Of a stretch of DNA of 64,000 bases, positions 49,068 through 58,034 are shown one piece after another. Each line of letters begins with the position of its first letter. Positions within the stretch are counted from its first letter, which is position 1. The translations under genes and the position numbers were made by a program. The notes under the pieces are model-generated. The model was not told the origin of the DNA and did not search any database. It was given only the letters and a program-made list of their open reading frames with translations. The stretch comes from a virus (Duplodnaviria > Caudoviricetes): the IMG/VR virus record IMGVR_UViG_3300043104_000334; one strand, written 5' to 3'.

Positions 49068-50402
49068 TCAATCACCCGTATCTGAATAATGAGTAATAAC
49101 GATTGCCTTTGTGCTACTTAAATATATTCTTTTTGGGTGCTCTCGGAAACCACAAGATGGCGAAAAGTAACCATTTATACATTGTTCCACGAGTGCGGGA
49201 AGTAAGTTTGTAACATTCTCCTCAGTCAGATTATATTTGTCCAAAAGCTTTAAAACGTCTATTTCTATGACATCTCCACCCTCAGTGAATCTGCCATAAC
49301 ACTTTTGCCACGACTTATATAAAGTCCCATCTTCCGTCGTATACTCCGGCAATCTTTGTCCAGCAATCTTAAATAATTCCTCAAGATCAAAGTGATGCTG
49401 CTTAATCATCCTGTAACTTCCGCAATCGATTACAATTGCGTCTGTATAATCGTGTATATAAGCATCATAAAATGCTTCGCGCGTATCTACAACAGAACTT
49501 GGTAAGCTCCATTTGAAATTTTTAGGAAAACTGCCATGACCCTTACAGAACATATGTCGTATCGTTGTTAGCCCATACACCTTACTAAAATTCATTTTTT
49601 CCGGGGTGTCTACTTCTCTCCAGTGCAGCTCCCATCTGTCATATACTTTTTCAATTTTAAACACATCGATATCGAATATGATCTTACCCAAATCTTGTTC
49701 AGCAGGTGTACCCTCGGTAGTTCTACTATTTCCGCTGCCTTTAAACTCAATGACATCTGATGAAGTATCCCTATGATACACATCACCATTAAAATGAATA
49801 TAATACATGGGTATATTAGCATTTGTTAATAAGCACGCCCTTCCCTTAAGGTTACGTATAATACTATTTACTTTTTCTACGCCACCCCACACAGAAGAAT
49901 CGAACACACACACTGCTCCATGTTCAAGCTGATAAAGATATACATCTCCACGAACACTAGTACCATTAACATCCCATTGATCCTCATCGTAACATAGACC
50001 GATACGTTTAGGGTTCACCAATCTGAATTGGTTGTGCCCACAATAGTGATAAGCACCGGTGGCGAGTACTGAATACGTTGAGTTAATCATATTGAACTTA
50101 CTCAATACACCAGATTCTACTATCACATATGTTGGATACATCCCGACATAGTCCCCTGCATAGCACGGACAATCCATTTGACCATTCCTACACGTATCAA
50201 CAAAAATATAGTCATACCTGCCAATTATCTCTTTATACAATCCTTTAAAGCTACTGACATTTATAATATTGCTATTGTACTCTGTATTGTCACGTTCACA
50301 ATCCCATAGATCAATCATTCCATCGGCTGTATCTGCATATGATATCATATGTGTCCTAATGCAGTCACCCCATGGTACGACTTTATAGTATTTATCTTCC
50401 AT
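49068..50402 (-). CDS. Hypothetical protein
   Basis: AAAGGAG RBS; 444 aa. Confidence 0.7.
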   Translation of the reverse strand: MEDKYYKVVPWGDCIRTHMISYADTADGMIDLWDCERDNTEYNSNIINVSSFKGLYKEIIGRYDYIFVDTCRNGQMDCPCYAGDYVGMYPTYVIVESGVLSKFNMINSTYSVLATGAYHYCGHNQFRLVNPKRIGLCYDEDQWDVNGTSVRGDVYLYQLEHGAVCVFDSSVWGGVEKVNSIIRNLKGRACLLTNANIPMYYIHFNGDVYHRDTSSDVIEFKGSGNSRTTEGTPAEQDLGKIIFDIDVFKIEKVYDRWELHWREVDTPEKMNFSKVYGLTTIRHMFCKGHGSFPKNFKWSLPSSVVDTREAFYDAYIHDYTDAIVIDCGSYRMIKQHHFDLEELFKIAGQRLPEYTTEDGTLYKSWQKCYGRFTEGGDVIEIDVLKLLDKYNLTEENVTNLLPALVEQCINGYFSPSCGFREHPKRIYLSSTKAIVITHYSDTGD

Positions 50403-50450
50403 TTTGATAGTCTCCTTTATTACTATAGAATGAATTGAATGTTCTTATAA

Positions 50451-50738
50451 TTATATCATGAATCTACCTGTAAGCTCCTTAGTTACTAACCCGAGAAATA
50501 CAAACTTGCAAATGCCATAAAGCCCGAGTGCACATACAAGCAATACTGTTACTAAAGCCAGTACTGGACTTATGCCATAGAGGAACCCATTCATAACAGG
50601 AAGCATCAATGCCGACATGGCAATATACACCATAACAACATCACAGATTACTTTCTTTCTGTAAATCATAAGGCCGTCAGATTCTCTTAACTTGCCTACC
50701 ACTTTCTCAATTTTCTTGTTCATATTTATTTCCTCCAT
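50451..50738 (-). CDS. Two-TM membrane protein
   Basis: Two hydrophobic helices. Confidence 0.6.
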   Translation of the reverse strand: MEEINMNKKIEKVVGKLRESDGLMIYRKKVICDVVMVYIAMSALMLPVMNGFLYGISPVLALVTVLLVCALGLYGICKFVFLGLVTKELTGRFMI

Positions 50739-50747
50739 ATTCTCGCT

Positions 50748-51149
50748 TTATTTTATCTCATAGACTTTCTTCATAGCTTTGATCATATGCTGTATATCTT
50801 TTCTTGAAAACCCAGACTCATCAAGCACTGTATTATTTTCATCAGTTACTACTACACGATAACTTTCACCTGATGGTGGTGTATTTTCTAGCATACTATT
50901 GAGCACATTATTTAGGTATAGTTCACCTCTAATATTGCAGTCAGATTGCGATCTTCTAAACCAGATGTGTGCATCACCCTTGTAGTACAATGCTCGTTCG
51001 AGGTCTTCTACCATTTCGGAAGCTTTCTTCTTATCGAAACTAAACGTTGCATCATGATTCTTTCCATACACAATTAGCTCGTACGAGCCTACAATGGTTT
51101 GTTTTGCTATTATTCCTTTACTCTCGTTGCTATTCTCAATTTTACCCAT
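50748..51149 (-). CDS. Hypothetical protein
   Basis: Start at MGKIEN after AAGGAG. Confidence 0.6.
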   Translation of the reverse strand: MGKIENSNESKGIIAKQTIVGSYELIVYGKNHDATFSFDKKKASEMVEDLERALYYKGDAHIWFRRSQSDCNIRGELYLNNVLNSMLENTPPSGESYRVVVTDENNTVLDESGFSRKDIQHMIKAMKKVYEIK

Positions 51150-51150
51150 T

Positions 51151-51561
51151 TTAATCTCCTTTATAAGGATAAGCAACCGGTTCAATAGCAATATCAAAAT
51201 TGCTATAATCAATGTTCGTAATATGCACATTGTAATAGCAATCATATCTCTCGTAATAGATGTCACCAGTATCAGCATTTGCTGTTGGTGCAGCTGCTCC
51301 GGGCTTATGCAATGATTTATTCCATTTCTCCACGCTATCAACAGACCGAGTAGAATGAAATTCGGTATACCCTTCCTCTTCTAAAGAACACATAAAAGTA
51401 TCATCTACACAACACCTGAATTGCACACTGTGAAACTTCAATCTATTGAAAGCTTCCTTAAGTGGCAAATCCTTAAACTTAGTATTACATTGCTGTGAGG
51501 ATTCTGTATTTACATTTGCAGATATAGACATAGCACTTTTAAGCAATTCATTCATAAGCAT
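51151..51561 (-). CDS. Hypothetical protein with N-terminal ELLKSA peptide
   Basis: In operon orientation. Confidence 0.65.
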   Translation of the reverse strand: MLMNELLKSAMSISANVNTESSQQCNTKFKDLPLKEAFNRLKFHSVQFRCCVDDTFMCSLEEEGYTEFHSTRSVDSVEKWNKSLHKPGAAAPTANADTGDIYYERYDCYYNVHITNIDYSNFDIAIEPVAYPYKGD

Positions 51562-51569
51562 TCCCCAAT

Positions 51570-51773
51570 CTAATGATTTGTACCATACTTATCAAGAGAT
51601 GCTAATTCACGATTAAACATCTCATCAAATATGGCACCATTGGCACCTTTCTTTACTACTCTGACTTCCCTGTCATTACCTTTTTCTGTCATATTGAAAC
51701 TTGTAGAACTTTTTATTATCGGTTCGATCATTATCATATGTACCCCTCCAATACATACAAATAACAAACTCAT
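51570..51773 (-). CDS. Small hypothetical protein
   Basis: Probable start at MIMIEP after GGAGG. Confidence 0.45.
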   Translation of the reverse strand: MSLLFVCIGGVHMIMIEPIIKSSTSFNMTEKGNDREVRVVKKGANGAIFDEMFNRELASLDKYGTNH

Positions 51774-51784
51774 CCTTTGTAAAT

Positions 51785-52321
51785 CTATTTAAGCGAGTCA
51801 TACCATGAGTTCATTATAAACTTTATGATATCCACTACTTTCATTTTGCTTTTGTCAATGTACAACCCAGGCCAGTCACCAATACTGTTAATTCCATTTA
51901 TGTATTTGATTGCAGTTCCACCTGCACTAGCCCAGGATACAAGATTCCTTTTATAGTCATCTACCAAGATATCTTGTTTCGTGAGATTCATTCCCTTTAT
52001 TTTTGATATAGCATTACGTTTGTCTGAACCACACGCAATAAAATTACATAGCGATATGACCGGGTAGTTTTCAGATACCCACAGCATCTTATCAAATATC
52101 TGCTCATTCCTTACACCCGTATCTCCATCATATACAGATGTAAGAATGTACATTTCTGAACTCATGTAACTAGAGAGTCCACGGACAACAAGCTGCATGA
52201 TTGAGTCCGGATAGACATTCCTAAACGCATGAGCTCCAACTTCATTCCAAGCTGGATTTGTTCTTTTATACATTGCTTCATCATACTCAGCAAGAACACC
52301 ATCTAAGTCAAGATAAATCAT
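51785..52321 (-). CDS. HAD-family 5'(3')-deoxyribonucleotidase-like protein
   Basis: YLDLDGVL, K..W, ILVDD..RN. Confidence 0.8.
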   Translation of the reverse strand: MIYLDLDGVLAEYDEAMYKRTNPAWNEVGAHAFRNVYPDSIMQLVVRGLSSYMSSEMYILTSVYDGDTGVRNEQIFDKMLWVSENYPVISLCNFIACGSDKRNAISKIKGMNLTKQDILVDDYKRNLVSWASAGGTAIKYINGINSIGDWPGLYIDKSKMKVVDIIKFIMNSWYDSLK

Positions 52322-52354
52322 ATAAGTGACTCCTCCTTGTTTCGTGCGTAATAA

Positions 52355-52897
52355 TTAAAACAATCCAAACTTCTTAACATATATTCTTCTAGGCCAGCCA
52401 TTCTCCGTCGTATAATCACTCACATATTTAAGGCCAGCCTTTTCGATGTTTCGTACGGAGTAAATATTATCAGGATGCACCCGACACCAGCAGCCTTTGA
52501 ATCCTTTGGATTTTGCATAAGCAATTAACTCCATCATAAGTTTATACTGTAATCCGTTTCCTCTATAAGGAAAGTCTACACAAGCCGAACACAAATATAG
52601 ATACTTTCCACCAGGCATATGTGCTCCACCAGCTTTAGCCTGCATATAATGTTCTTCGTCGTAACCAGATGCAGCCATACCTGCAACTCTGTAATCGACA
52701 AGTGCAAGTATAATAACTCCATTCTGCTTTTCAATGTGCTCATAAAAATCTTCTTTGTTGCTGGTTATATACCAAGAATCTTCCGGTAAAGTTTCATCAC
52801 AGCATTTCTGTAACCGCAAGATGTCGTCAATATAATTATCCAATTCAGAAGCATCATTAATTGTAATAAAATCAAATTCCATTGTATTACCCTCCAA
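52355..52897 (-). CDS. GNAT acetyltransferase
   Basis: V.FPYRGNGLQ, HPDN.YS.RN.EK.G. Confidence 0.85.
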   Translation of the reverse strand: MEGNTMEFDFITINDASELDNYIDDILRLQKCCDETLPEDSWYITSNKEDFYEHIEKQNGVIILALVDYRVAGMAASGYDEEHYMQAKAGGAHMPGGKYLYLCSACVDFPYRGNGLQYKLMMELIAYAKSKGFKGCWCRVHPDNIYSVRNIEKAGLKYVSDYTTENGWPRRIYVKKFGLF

Positions 52898-52908
52898 TAT
52901 AATTATAG

Positions 52909-53166
52909 TTATTCAACTATGTACCTCTTAAATCTTTCCTGAAATTCCTTTGTACGCGATGACTCTGCGTGAATAACCATATCCATAGGCTTTGACAGAT
53001 TAAGACTGTAAACACCAAGTATAGACTTAGCGTCTACCATGTATCTATCAGAAGATAAATCAATGTCTTCGTCAACCTGATTTGCATCAGACACAAAATC
53101 AGATACCTTGTCAAATGAATTCAACAGAATCTTAATACACACTGAATCTTTGCTATTACCTTTCAT
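52909..53166 (-). CDS. HPr-like protein lacking the phosphocarrier His
   Basis: RYMVDAKSILGVYSL motif. Confidence 0.8.
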   Translation of the reverse strand: MKGNSKDSVCIKILLNSFDKVSDFVSDANQVDEDIDLSSDRYMVDAKSILGVYSLNLSKPMDMVIHAESSRTKEFQERFKRYIVE

Positions 53167-53183
53167 TTCTATTTATTCTCCAT

Positions 53184-53636
53184 TTATTTCTTGACTAAAT
53201 CATCAATAACTGACACATCAATGTAGTCCATTCCTTTATATGTCCTTTCATCATATAAGAAACTGAGCCACTTTGATGATGAACCTTTTACGTAATCATC
53301 ATACTTCTCATTCCATGTTGCTACACGTTTAACGAGCTCAGTAAGCGATAAGGTCATATCGTCACCAGACTCTAGACTCTTCATATTATCTGTCAGGACT
53401 GTATATTCAGTTATATGTCTATTATACAACTTTTTAGCTTCCACTTTTGTCAATATAGATGATGGTATAACTAATGCACTAATGCTGAATCCTAGCACAA
53501 GCCCAATCGTAGATATCCATATTGATATATCTCTCACTACAGACTGTTTGCAATTCACAGATAGTCGCAGTACAACTGCACTTATAATCATAAGTACAAT
53601 TAAATAGATTGATAATCGCATAACTTTATTCTCCAA
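53184..53636 (-). CDS. Two-TM membrane protein
   Basis: Two N-terminal TMs. Confidence 0.65.
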   Translation of the reverse strand: MENKVMRLSIYLIVLMIISAVVLRLSVNCKQSVVRDISIWISTIGLVLGFSISALVIPSSILTKVEAKKLYNRHITEYTVLTDNMKSLESGDDMTLSLTELVKRVATWNEKYDDYVKGSSSKWLSFLYDERTYKGMDYIDVSVIDDLVKK

Positions 53637-54188
53637 TCACTTATACAAATAAGCCAATATATCTCCCGATATAGTACCAATATTTCTGTACTCTTTTGAT
53701 GGAATTAACTCCCACCAAAATTGCAGTTCCTGCTTACTCATTTCATTTGTGCTAATAAGTGTGCCATCACATGCAGACCAGATATAGTACAACATATCAG
53801 TCGGTATATTGTTTCCATTACTACCGTAGAGGTATCTATAAGCTGCTTCCTGCTTTAGCTTATCAATTCTATCTTCGGCTGGTAACCCGTCAGTTTGTAA
53901 TCTTGAAATAAAAGCAAGTAGGATACTGTTATCCTCAGGTACTCCGACATAAAGAGCACCAAGATAAGCATTAACAGAATCCTTAATGGTGTCATAATGG
54001 TTTATAGCAGCTAAGTAGTCTTGACCGAGAATAGCATACTTATACATATACCTAAGGTCACTTGCAGACATCTCTGGAGTAAGACCAATATGATATATAT
54101 CAAGTTCTTTCAACTCTGCAATTACTGCAAGCTGTTCCTCAGTAAACTCCCTAATCTGGGTTACTTCTCTTTTTTGCATAGTGTACAT
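53637..54188 (-). CDS. Hypothetical protein
   Basis: In operon. Confidence 0.6.
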   Translation of the reverse strand: MYTMQKREVTQIREFTEEQLAVIAELKELDIYHIGLTPEMSASDLRYMYKYAILGQDYLAAINHYDTIKDSVNAYLGALYVGVPEDNSILLAFISRLQTDGLPAEDRIDKLKQEAAYRYLYGSNGNNIPTDMLYYIWSACDGTLISTNEMSKQELQFWWELIPSKEYRNIGTISGDILAYLYK

Positions 54189-54789
54189 ATTCGTAATAAT
54201 ACCTCATGAGTATAACAATTCCAGTTGAGAACAGAATTGCAATTATCCATATTAAAATTCCGATTATTCTATTTACATTGCAATAAATAAACTTGTATAC
54301 ATTCCTATACAAATATACTTCGTGTAACCTTAAGTCAGATAACATATTATATTGAATCTCATAATAGTTATCTGACTTAGTGTTCACGAATGCCTGAATG
54401 TCATAGATAGCATTTGTATAAATGTATGGTCTGATATAAGAGTTACATAGAGTTAGGTCTGCCGGTAGCAGTGCTTCGTAAAGTTCATCAGCGTCATCAG
54501 CTATTTCAATATACTGACTCTGCTCCTCAAACTCTATACTTTTCCGAAACTCTTTGTACTCAGTTAGTAACCCTGATACAGAATCCGATGAATCACACAT
54601 TTGCACTAATTCATCTTTATCAGGGTAACATAATGTATATTCGTTTATAATGAACTGTTTTAGTGTATCAAGATTTGAACTATCATGATCAAACCTATAA
54701 AGAAGTGCTATTAAGGAAATAACCATGACCTGCAGAACAATCAAGATAATTGTTCTGTTCGTAATGTGTTTATATTGTTCTGTAAGCAT
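54151..54789 (-). CDS. Membrane protein with N- and C-terminal TMs
   Basis: Hydrophobic ends. Confidence 0.65.
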   Translation of the reverse strand: MLTEQYKHITNRTIILIVLQVMVISLIALLYRFDHDSSNLDTLKQFIINEYTLCYPDKDELVQMCDSSDSVSGLLTEYKEFRKSIEFEEQSQYIEIADDADELYEALLPADLTLCNSYIRPYIYTNAIYDIQAFVNTKSDNYYEIQYNMLSDLRLHEVYLYRNVYKFIYCNVNRIIGILIWIIAILFSTGIVILMRYYYEYVHYAKKRSNPD

Positions 54790-54806
54790 AGCTTCTCTCC
54801 ATTAAG

Positions 54807-55466
54807 CTAAAATCTTGGCGGCAGATACTTCTCCTGTTTAATAAGAGCTTCTCTGAGTATATTATCCATCAGCTGTAAATTTAATTTATAATCCAATGGA
54901 GTATTGTACCTTCTGATAGTATCTTCAAGGTTGTTAAGTACACATAACTTAATGTACTCTTTCTGCCAATCAGACCTTTCATCAACGATGGTGCACTTGT
55001 CAACCATACATACAATAGGGACTATGTAATCCGTACATCCATCCGGTAAAGCCCTAAAGATATGCGGATAAAGATGTCTGCAATGCATCTCGTTCTGATG
55101 TACAGGCGACTTATCTGTTTTGTAACATCCGTAAATCCCTGCATCATCTAAGGTTATTTTCTTAGCCTTGTAAGCTTTAACCTCAATAGGAAAAACCCTG
55201 AATTTAGATACATAGAGAACATCAATTTCGGTAAGGTCACCAAGATTCTCAACATAAAGCTGTCCATTCTCACCTTTCTTTATATTACCAGCCTGTTCCT
55301 TATCAACCTTATACGAGTAAGAATGAATAAGGATACCGCCTTCTTTAAGATAGAACTGCTCACATATCTTGAAAACTGCCTGTTCACCGAAAGTACCTTT
55401 TCCCGTTTGGGAGGATGACCTCATCCTCCCAAGCAGATTATTAACTGAGTTGTCTAAACTAGACAT
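54807..55466 (-). CDS. NERD-domain (PD-(D/E)xK) nuclease
   Basis: G.FGE, TEIDVL, IEVK, SPVHQN..H. Confidence 0.85.
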   Translation of the reverse strand: MSSLDNSVNNLLGRMRSSSQTGKGTFGEQAVFKICEQFYLKEGGILIHSYSYKVDKEQAGNIKKGENGQLYVENLGDLTEIDVLYVSKFRVFPIEVKAYKAKKITLDDAGIYGCYKTDKSPVHQNEMHCRHLYPHIFRALPDGCTDYIVPIVCMVDKCTIVDERSDWQKEYIKLCVLNNLEDTIRRYNTPLDYKLNLQLMDNILREALIKQEKYLPPRF

Positions 55467-55468
55467 AT

Positions 55469-56284
55469 TTACTTCACATCCTCGTTTCTGACGCTGTAAT
55501 AGCCAACAAACTTTCTAAGCCACGTGTCAGGATAGAATGGCACATAAAGTCTGTTAGGATAGGACTTGTTTACTTTGACCCACACAACTCCGGATTGTGC
55601 ACTATCCATGGCCGCTGCATTATTCCCGATAAACAGATTTGATGTCTCCTCATCAATAGGAGTCACGATACGAATAGGGAATTTGAGTATTGTCTCTCCG
55701 GAAAGAGCATCTCTGTTACTCTGTGACAGTAACAGTAAATGTACGCCAACATCATCGGCATGGTCAAGTATTTTACTTATTGAGTCGTTGAACCATTTCA
55801 TTTTAGCCGGCGTATCACAGAATCTCTGATACTCATTGATAATAAAGATAACATCTTTCACGCCACTCTTCTTGTCATACACATCATCGTAGCAGTCTAC
55901 GTGAGCACGCACGCATTCTCTGGCCCTGTTGTAGACAAGAGATTTTAAAGCCATCAAGCTGTTCTCGAACTCACTATACAATTCCTTGATTGATGTTCCA
56001 TCACCGGCAACGTACTGATGAATTTCCTTAAACTGTGGAATATTTTTCCCGTCAGGAATACTATTCACCCAGATGGCTGCGTCACCAAATGCAAAGTCAT
56101 GCCAGCAGATATCAAGTTCTCTAGGGTTTGTTTCCTGAATTACCCTGACAAGAAGTGAGTTAAGAAATGTGCTTTTACCGGCACCACATCTTCCTGCCAC
56201 AACCGCACTCTGCATACACGTTGCTACATAGTCGTACTTCTCATTTCTGCCGAAATAGTAGTACAAGTCTCTTGTTCGTTTCAT
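55469..56284 (-). CDS. Stand-alone FtsK/SpoIIIE-type ATPase domain
   Basis: VAGRCGAGKS, FIINEY (Walker B variant), GVHLLLLSQ, FPIRI. Confidence 0.75.
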   Translation of the reverse strand: MKRTRDLYYYFGRNEKYDYVATCMQSAVVAGRCGAGKSTFLNSLLVRVIQETNPRELDICWHDFAFGDAAIWVNSIPDGKNIPQFKEIHQYVAGDGTSIKELYSEFENSLMALKSLVYNRARECVRAHVDCYDDVYDKKSGVKDVIFIINEYQRFCDTPAKMKWFNDSISKILDHADDVGVHLLLLSQSNRDALSGETILKFPIRIVTPIDEETSNLFIGNNAAAMDSAQSGVVWVKVNKSYPNRLYVPFYPDTWLRKFVGYYSVRNEDVK

Positions 56285-56336
56285 AGTTACATTCTCCTTT
56301 TAATTAGATTATTTTTTTTTTGATGTGCGCACATCA

Positions 56337-56486
56337 AGAACTCGGGTGAGGATTCGAACCTCACATTTATCTTAAGGCACTATGGATACTACATCCATAC
56401 TCCACCTTAAGTATTCTTAGATGTCCCAGGCTTTTGTATGTAATCATGACTGTACTCATGAATAGGCATACTCAACATCCCCAAGT
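56337..56486 (-). ncRNA. tRNA-like RNA with acceptor stem, canonical T-arm and two enlarged arms
   Basis: ACTTGGG/CCCGAGT 7-bp stem; TGAGG-TTCGAAT-CCTCA; internal stems GATGTT/GACATC and CTTAAGGT/GCCTTAAG. Confidence 0.6.
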
Positions 56487-56524
56487 ATATCACACTGGTA
56501 GCTACAGTAGCTACCAGTTATGTT

Positions 56525-57001
56525 TTAATGACGAATAAAATCTATTGTCTCCAGTGAATAAAGTCCACCCCCAGATATCTCATTGTGTTCTGCACCGGCA
56601 TACCCTGCAACAAGAATTTGTGCGGTTCTAATGTCGAACCGTGTAATATCTTCCCTTGTTACTAGACTCCAGTCATCCGTATCAACGAAATCCTGAAACT
56701 CGCTGAATGACTCAACCTCGTCACCAAGGTTTCTCACACCGAGCTGAATAGCACAGGAATAGAGTGTGTATAGAATGGTGAATGAATTTGCATTGGTACA
56801 GTAGTCCTTCATAAATGGAAAGATATTCCGGTACATAAGGACAACACGCGCCGATAACCATTCATTGTCAATAGACACTACGCTCCTGTTAATTTCTGAC
56901 AATAAATTTCTGACCCAAATAAAAGCCTTCTCACTGAGCATAGGCTTTGTGAATTTGAGTAAATCCTCTCTGTATTTAGAAGTTATAGAGATAACGTCCA
57001 T
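56525..57001 (-). CDS. Hypothetical protein
   Basis: In operon. Confidence 0.65.
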   Translation of the reverse strand: MDVISITSKYREDLLKFTKPMLSEKAFIWVRNLLSEINRSVVSIDNEWLSARVVLMYRNIFPFMKDYCTNANSFTILYTLYSCAIQLGVRNLGDEVESFSEFQDFVDTDDWSLVTREDITRFDIRTAQILVAGYAGAEHNEISGGGLYSLETIDFIRH

Positions 57002-57014
57002 ATTTGTTTAATCC

Positions 57015-57572
57015 TCACTTCATCGTATAAAATGTATTGCCGAGCCTTGACGCAATAGCTCCCTGTAGGTTACGAATACTGAAATTGGTACCTTTGTACT
57101 TTGTACAAGCTAGATAGATACTCATATCAGGAAGTACCAATTCAATATTTATATATTTGTCAAATAGCGACAATATGTTTGTAATAGCTGTACAATGATG
57201 CGCTATAAGCGTATCATCCAGAATCACATTACATATTTTTAATTTCAGTAAATCATAAGTAGAGTCCTGTTTGACATTACTGGGTAAGTTACTAAGCTTG
57301 ATAAATCCGAAATGCTTAGTATCTACATTACAGTAGATGTTCTTACCATCAATGAAATACTGGATTGAAATATACCCAATATCAGATTCTCTACCGTATT
57401 TGTTTAATCCTGACTTCATAAAGTCACGATTACATTGCATGAAGAACTTTTTTGCTTCAGCAACTGTCTCGACTTTCTTAAACTGTGGATAAGTATACAC
57501 ACTGTTGAAAAAGTCAAGTTGCCTTTGGGAATATACAATTGCTCTATATTCATTAGATACAAATGCATACAT
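57015..57572 (-). CDS. RNase H1 hybrid-binding (viroplasmin-like) domain plus possible degenerate RNase H fold
   Basis: YAFV....AIVYS...YPQFKKVETVAEAKKF; adjacent to RNase H gene. Confidence 0.5.
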   Translation of the reverse strand: MYAFVSNEYRAIVYSQRQLDFFNSVYTYPQFKKVETVAEAKKFFMQCNRDFMKSGLNKYGRESDIGYISIQYFIDGKNIYCNVDTKHFGFIKLSNLPSNVKQDSTYDLLKLKICNVILDDTLIAHHCTAITNILSLFDKYINIELVLPDMSIYLACTKYKGTNFSIRNLQGAIASRLGNTFYTMK

Positions 57573-57578
57573 ACGTAA

Positions 57579-58016
57579 TTACCTCCGTATTGCCAGTTTA
57601 GCAAGCCTGTCAACATAGGTATTAGGGTTGATGACATTCTTATGCCCTCTAACCTTTTGAAATCTAACCTTACACTTGTTTCGTAATGTTCTCACAACAC
57701 GGACTGAGTTAAATATAGCAGGAACATTAGTTCTTACCGTGTCCTCATTGTCAAGGTAAGTATTGTAAAAGTCAATAGTTGATGCGCAGTCAATATTGAA
57801 CTCGATTATATCATCAGGGCTCAACTCCTCGTTATCTATAAAGTAAGCAGCAGCCAACCCTACGCTTATGGTTTCTGCATGCGTAGGGTTTGACATACCA
57901 TTTAATTTTATACTGCCAGAATTGATATAGTTATCATCCGTAAGGATAATGTAAGAACACCCGATGACGTTTCTGTCATTAGACCCGGCACCGTCTGTAT
58001 AGACCATATATCTCAT
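57579..58016 (-). CDS. Ribonuclease HI
   Basis: YTDGA, AE, ID, KVRGH...N.YVDRLA. Confidence 0.88.
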   Translation of the reverse strand: MRYMVYTDGAGSNDRNVIGCSYIILTDDNYINSGSIKLNGMSNPTHAETISVGLAAAYFIDNEELSPDDIIEFNIDCASTIDFYNTYLDNEDTVRTNVPAIFNSVRVVRTLRNKCKVRFQKVRGHKNVINPNTYVDRLAKLAIRR

Positions 58017-58034
58017 CTTACATGCTGTCCTTTC

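Noticed and set aside
54807-55466. NERD N-terminus (SVNNLLGRM) as a member of the leader family
   Set aside because: Lacks the AA/SA pair; borderline, so not counted.
56311-56338. Palindrome with T-run as an intrinsic terminator
   Set aside because: The T-run precedes the hairpin on + and reads as poly-A after it on -, so it fits neither direction.
56337-56486. Canonical tRNA (e.g. Leu-TAG)
   Set aside because: No standard D-arm or 7-nt U33 anticodon loop, and about twice normal length; kept as a tRNA-like RNA.
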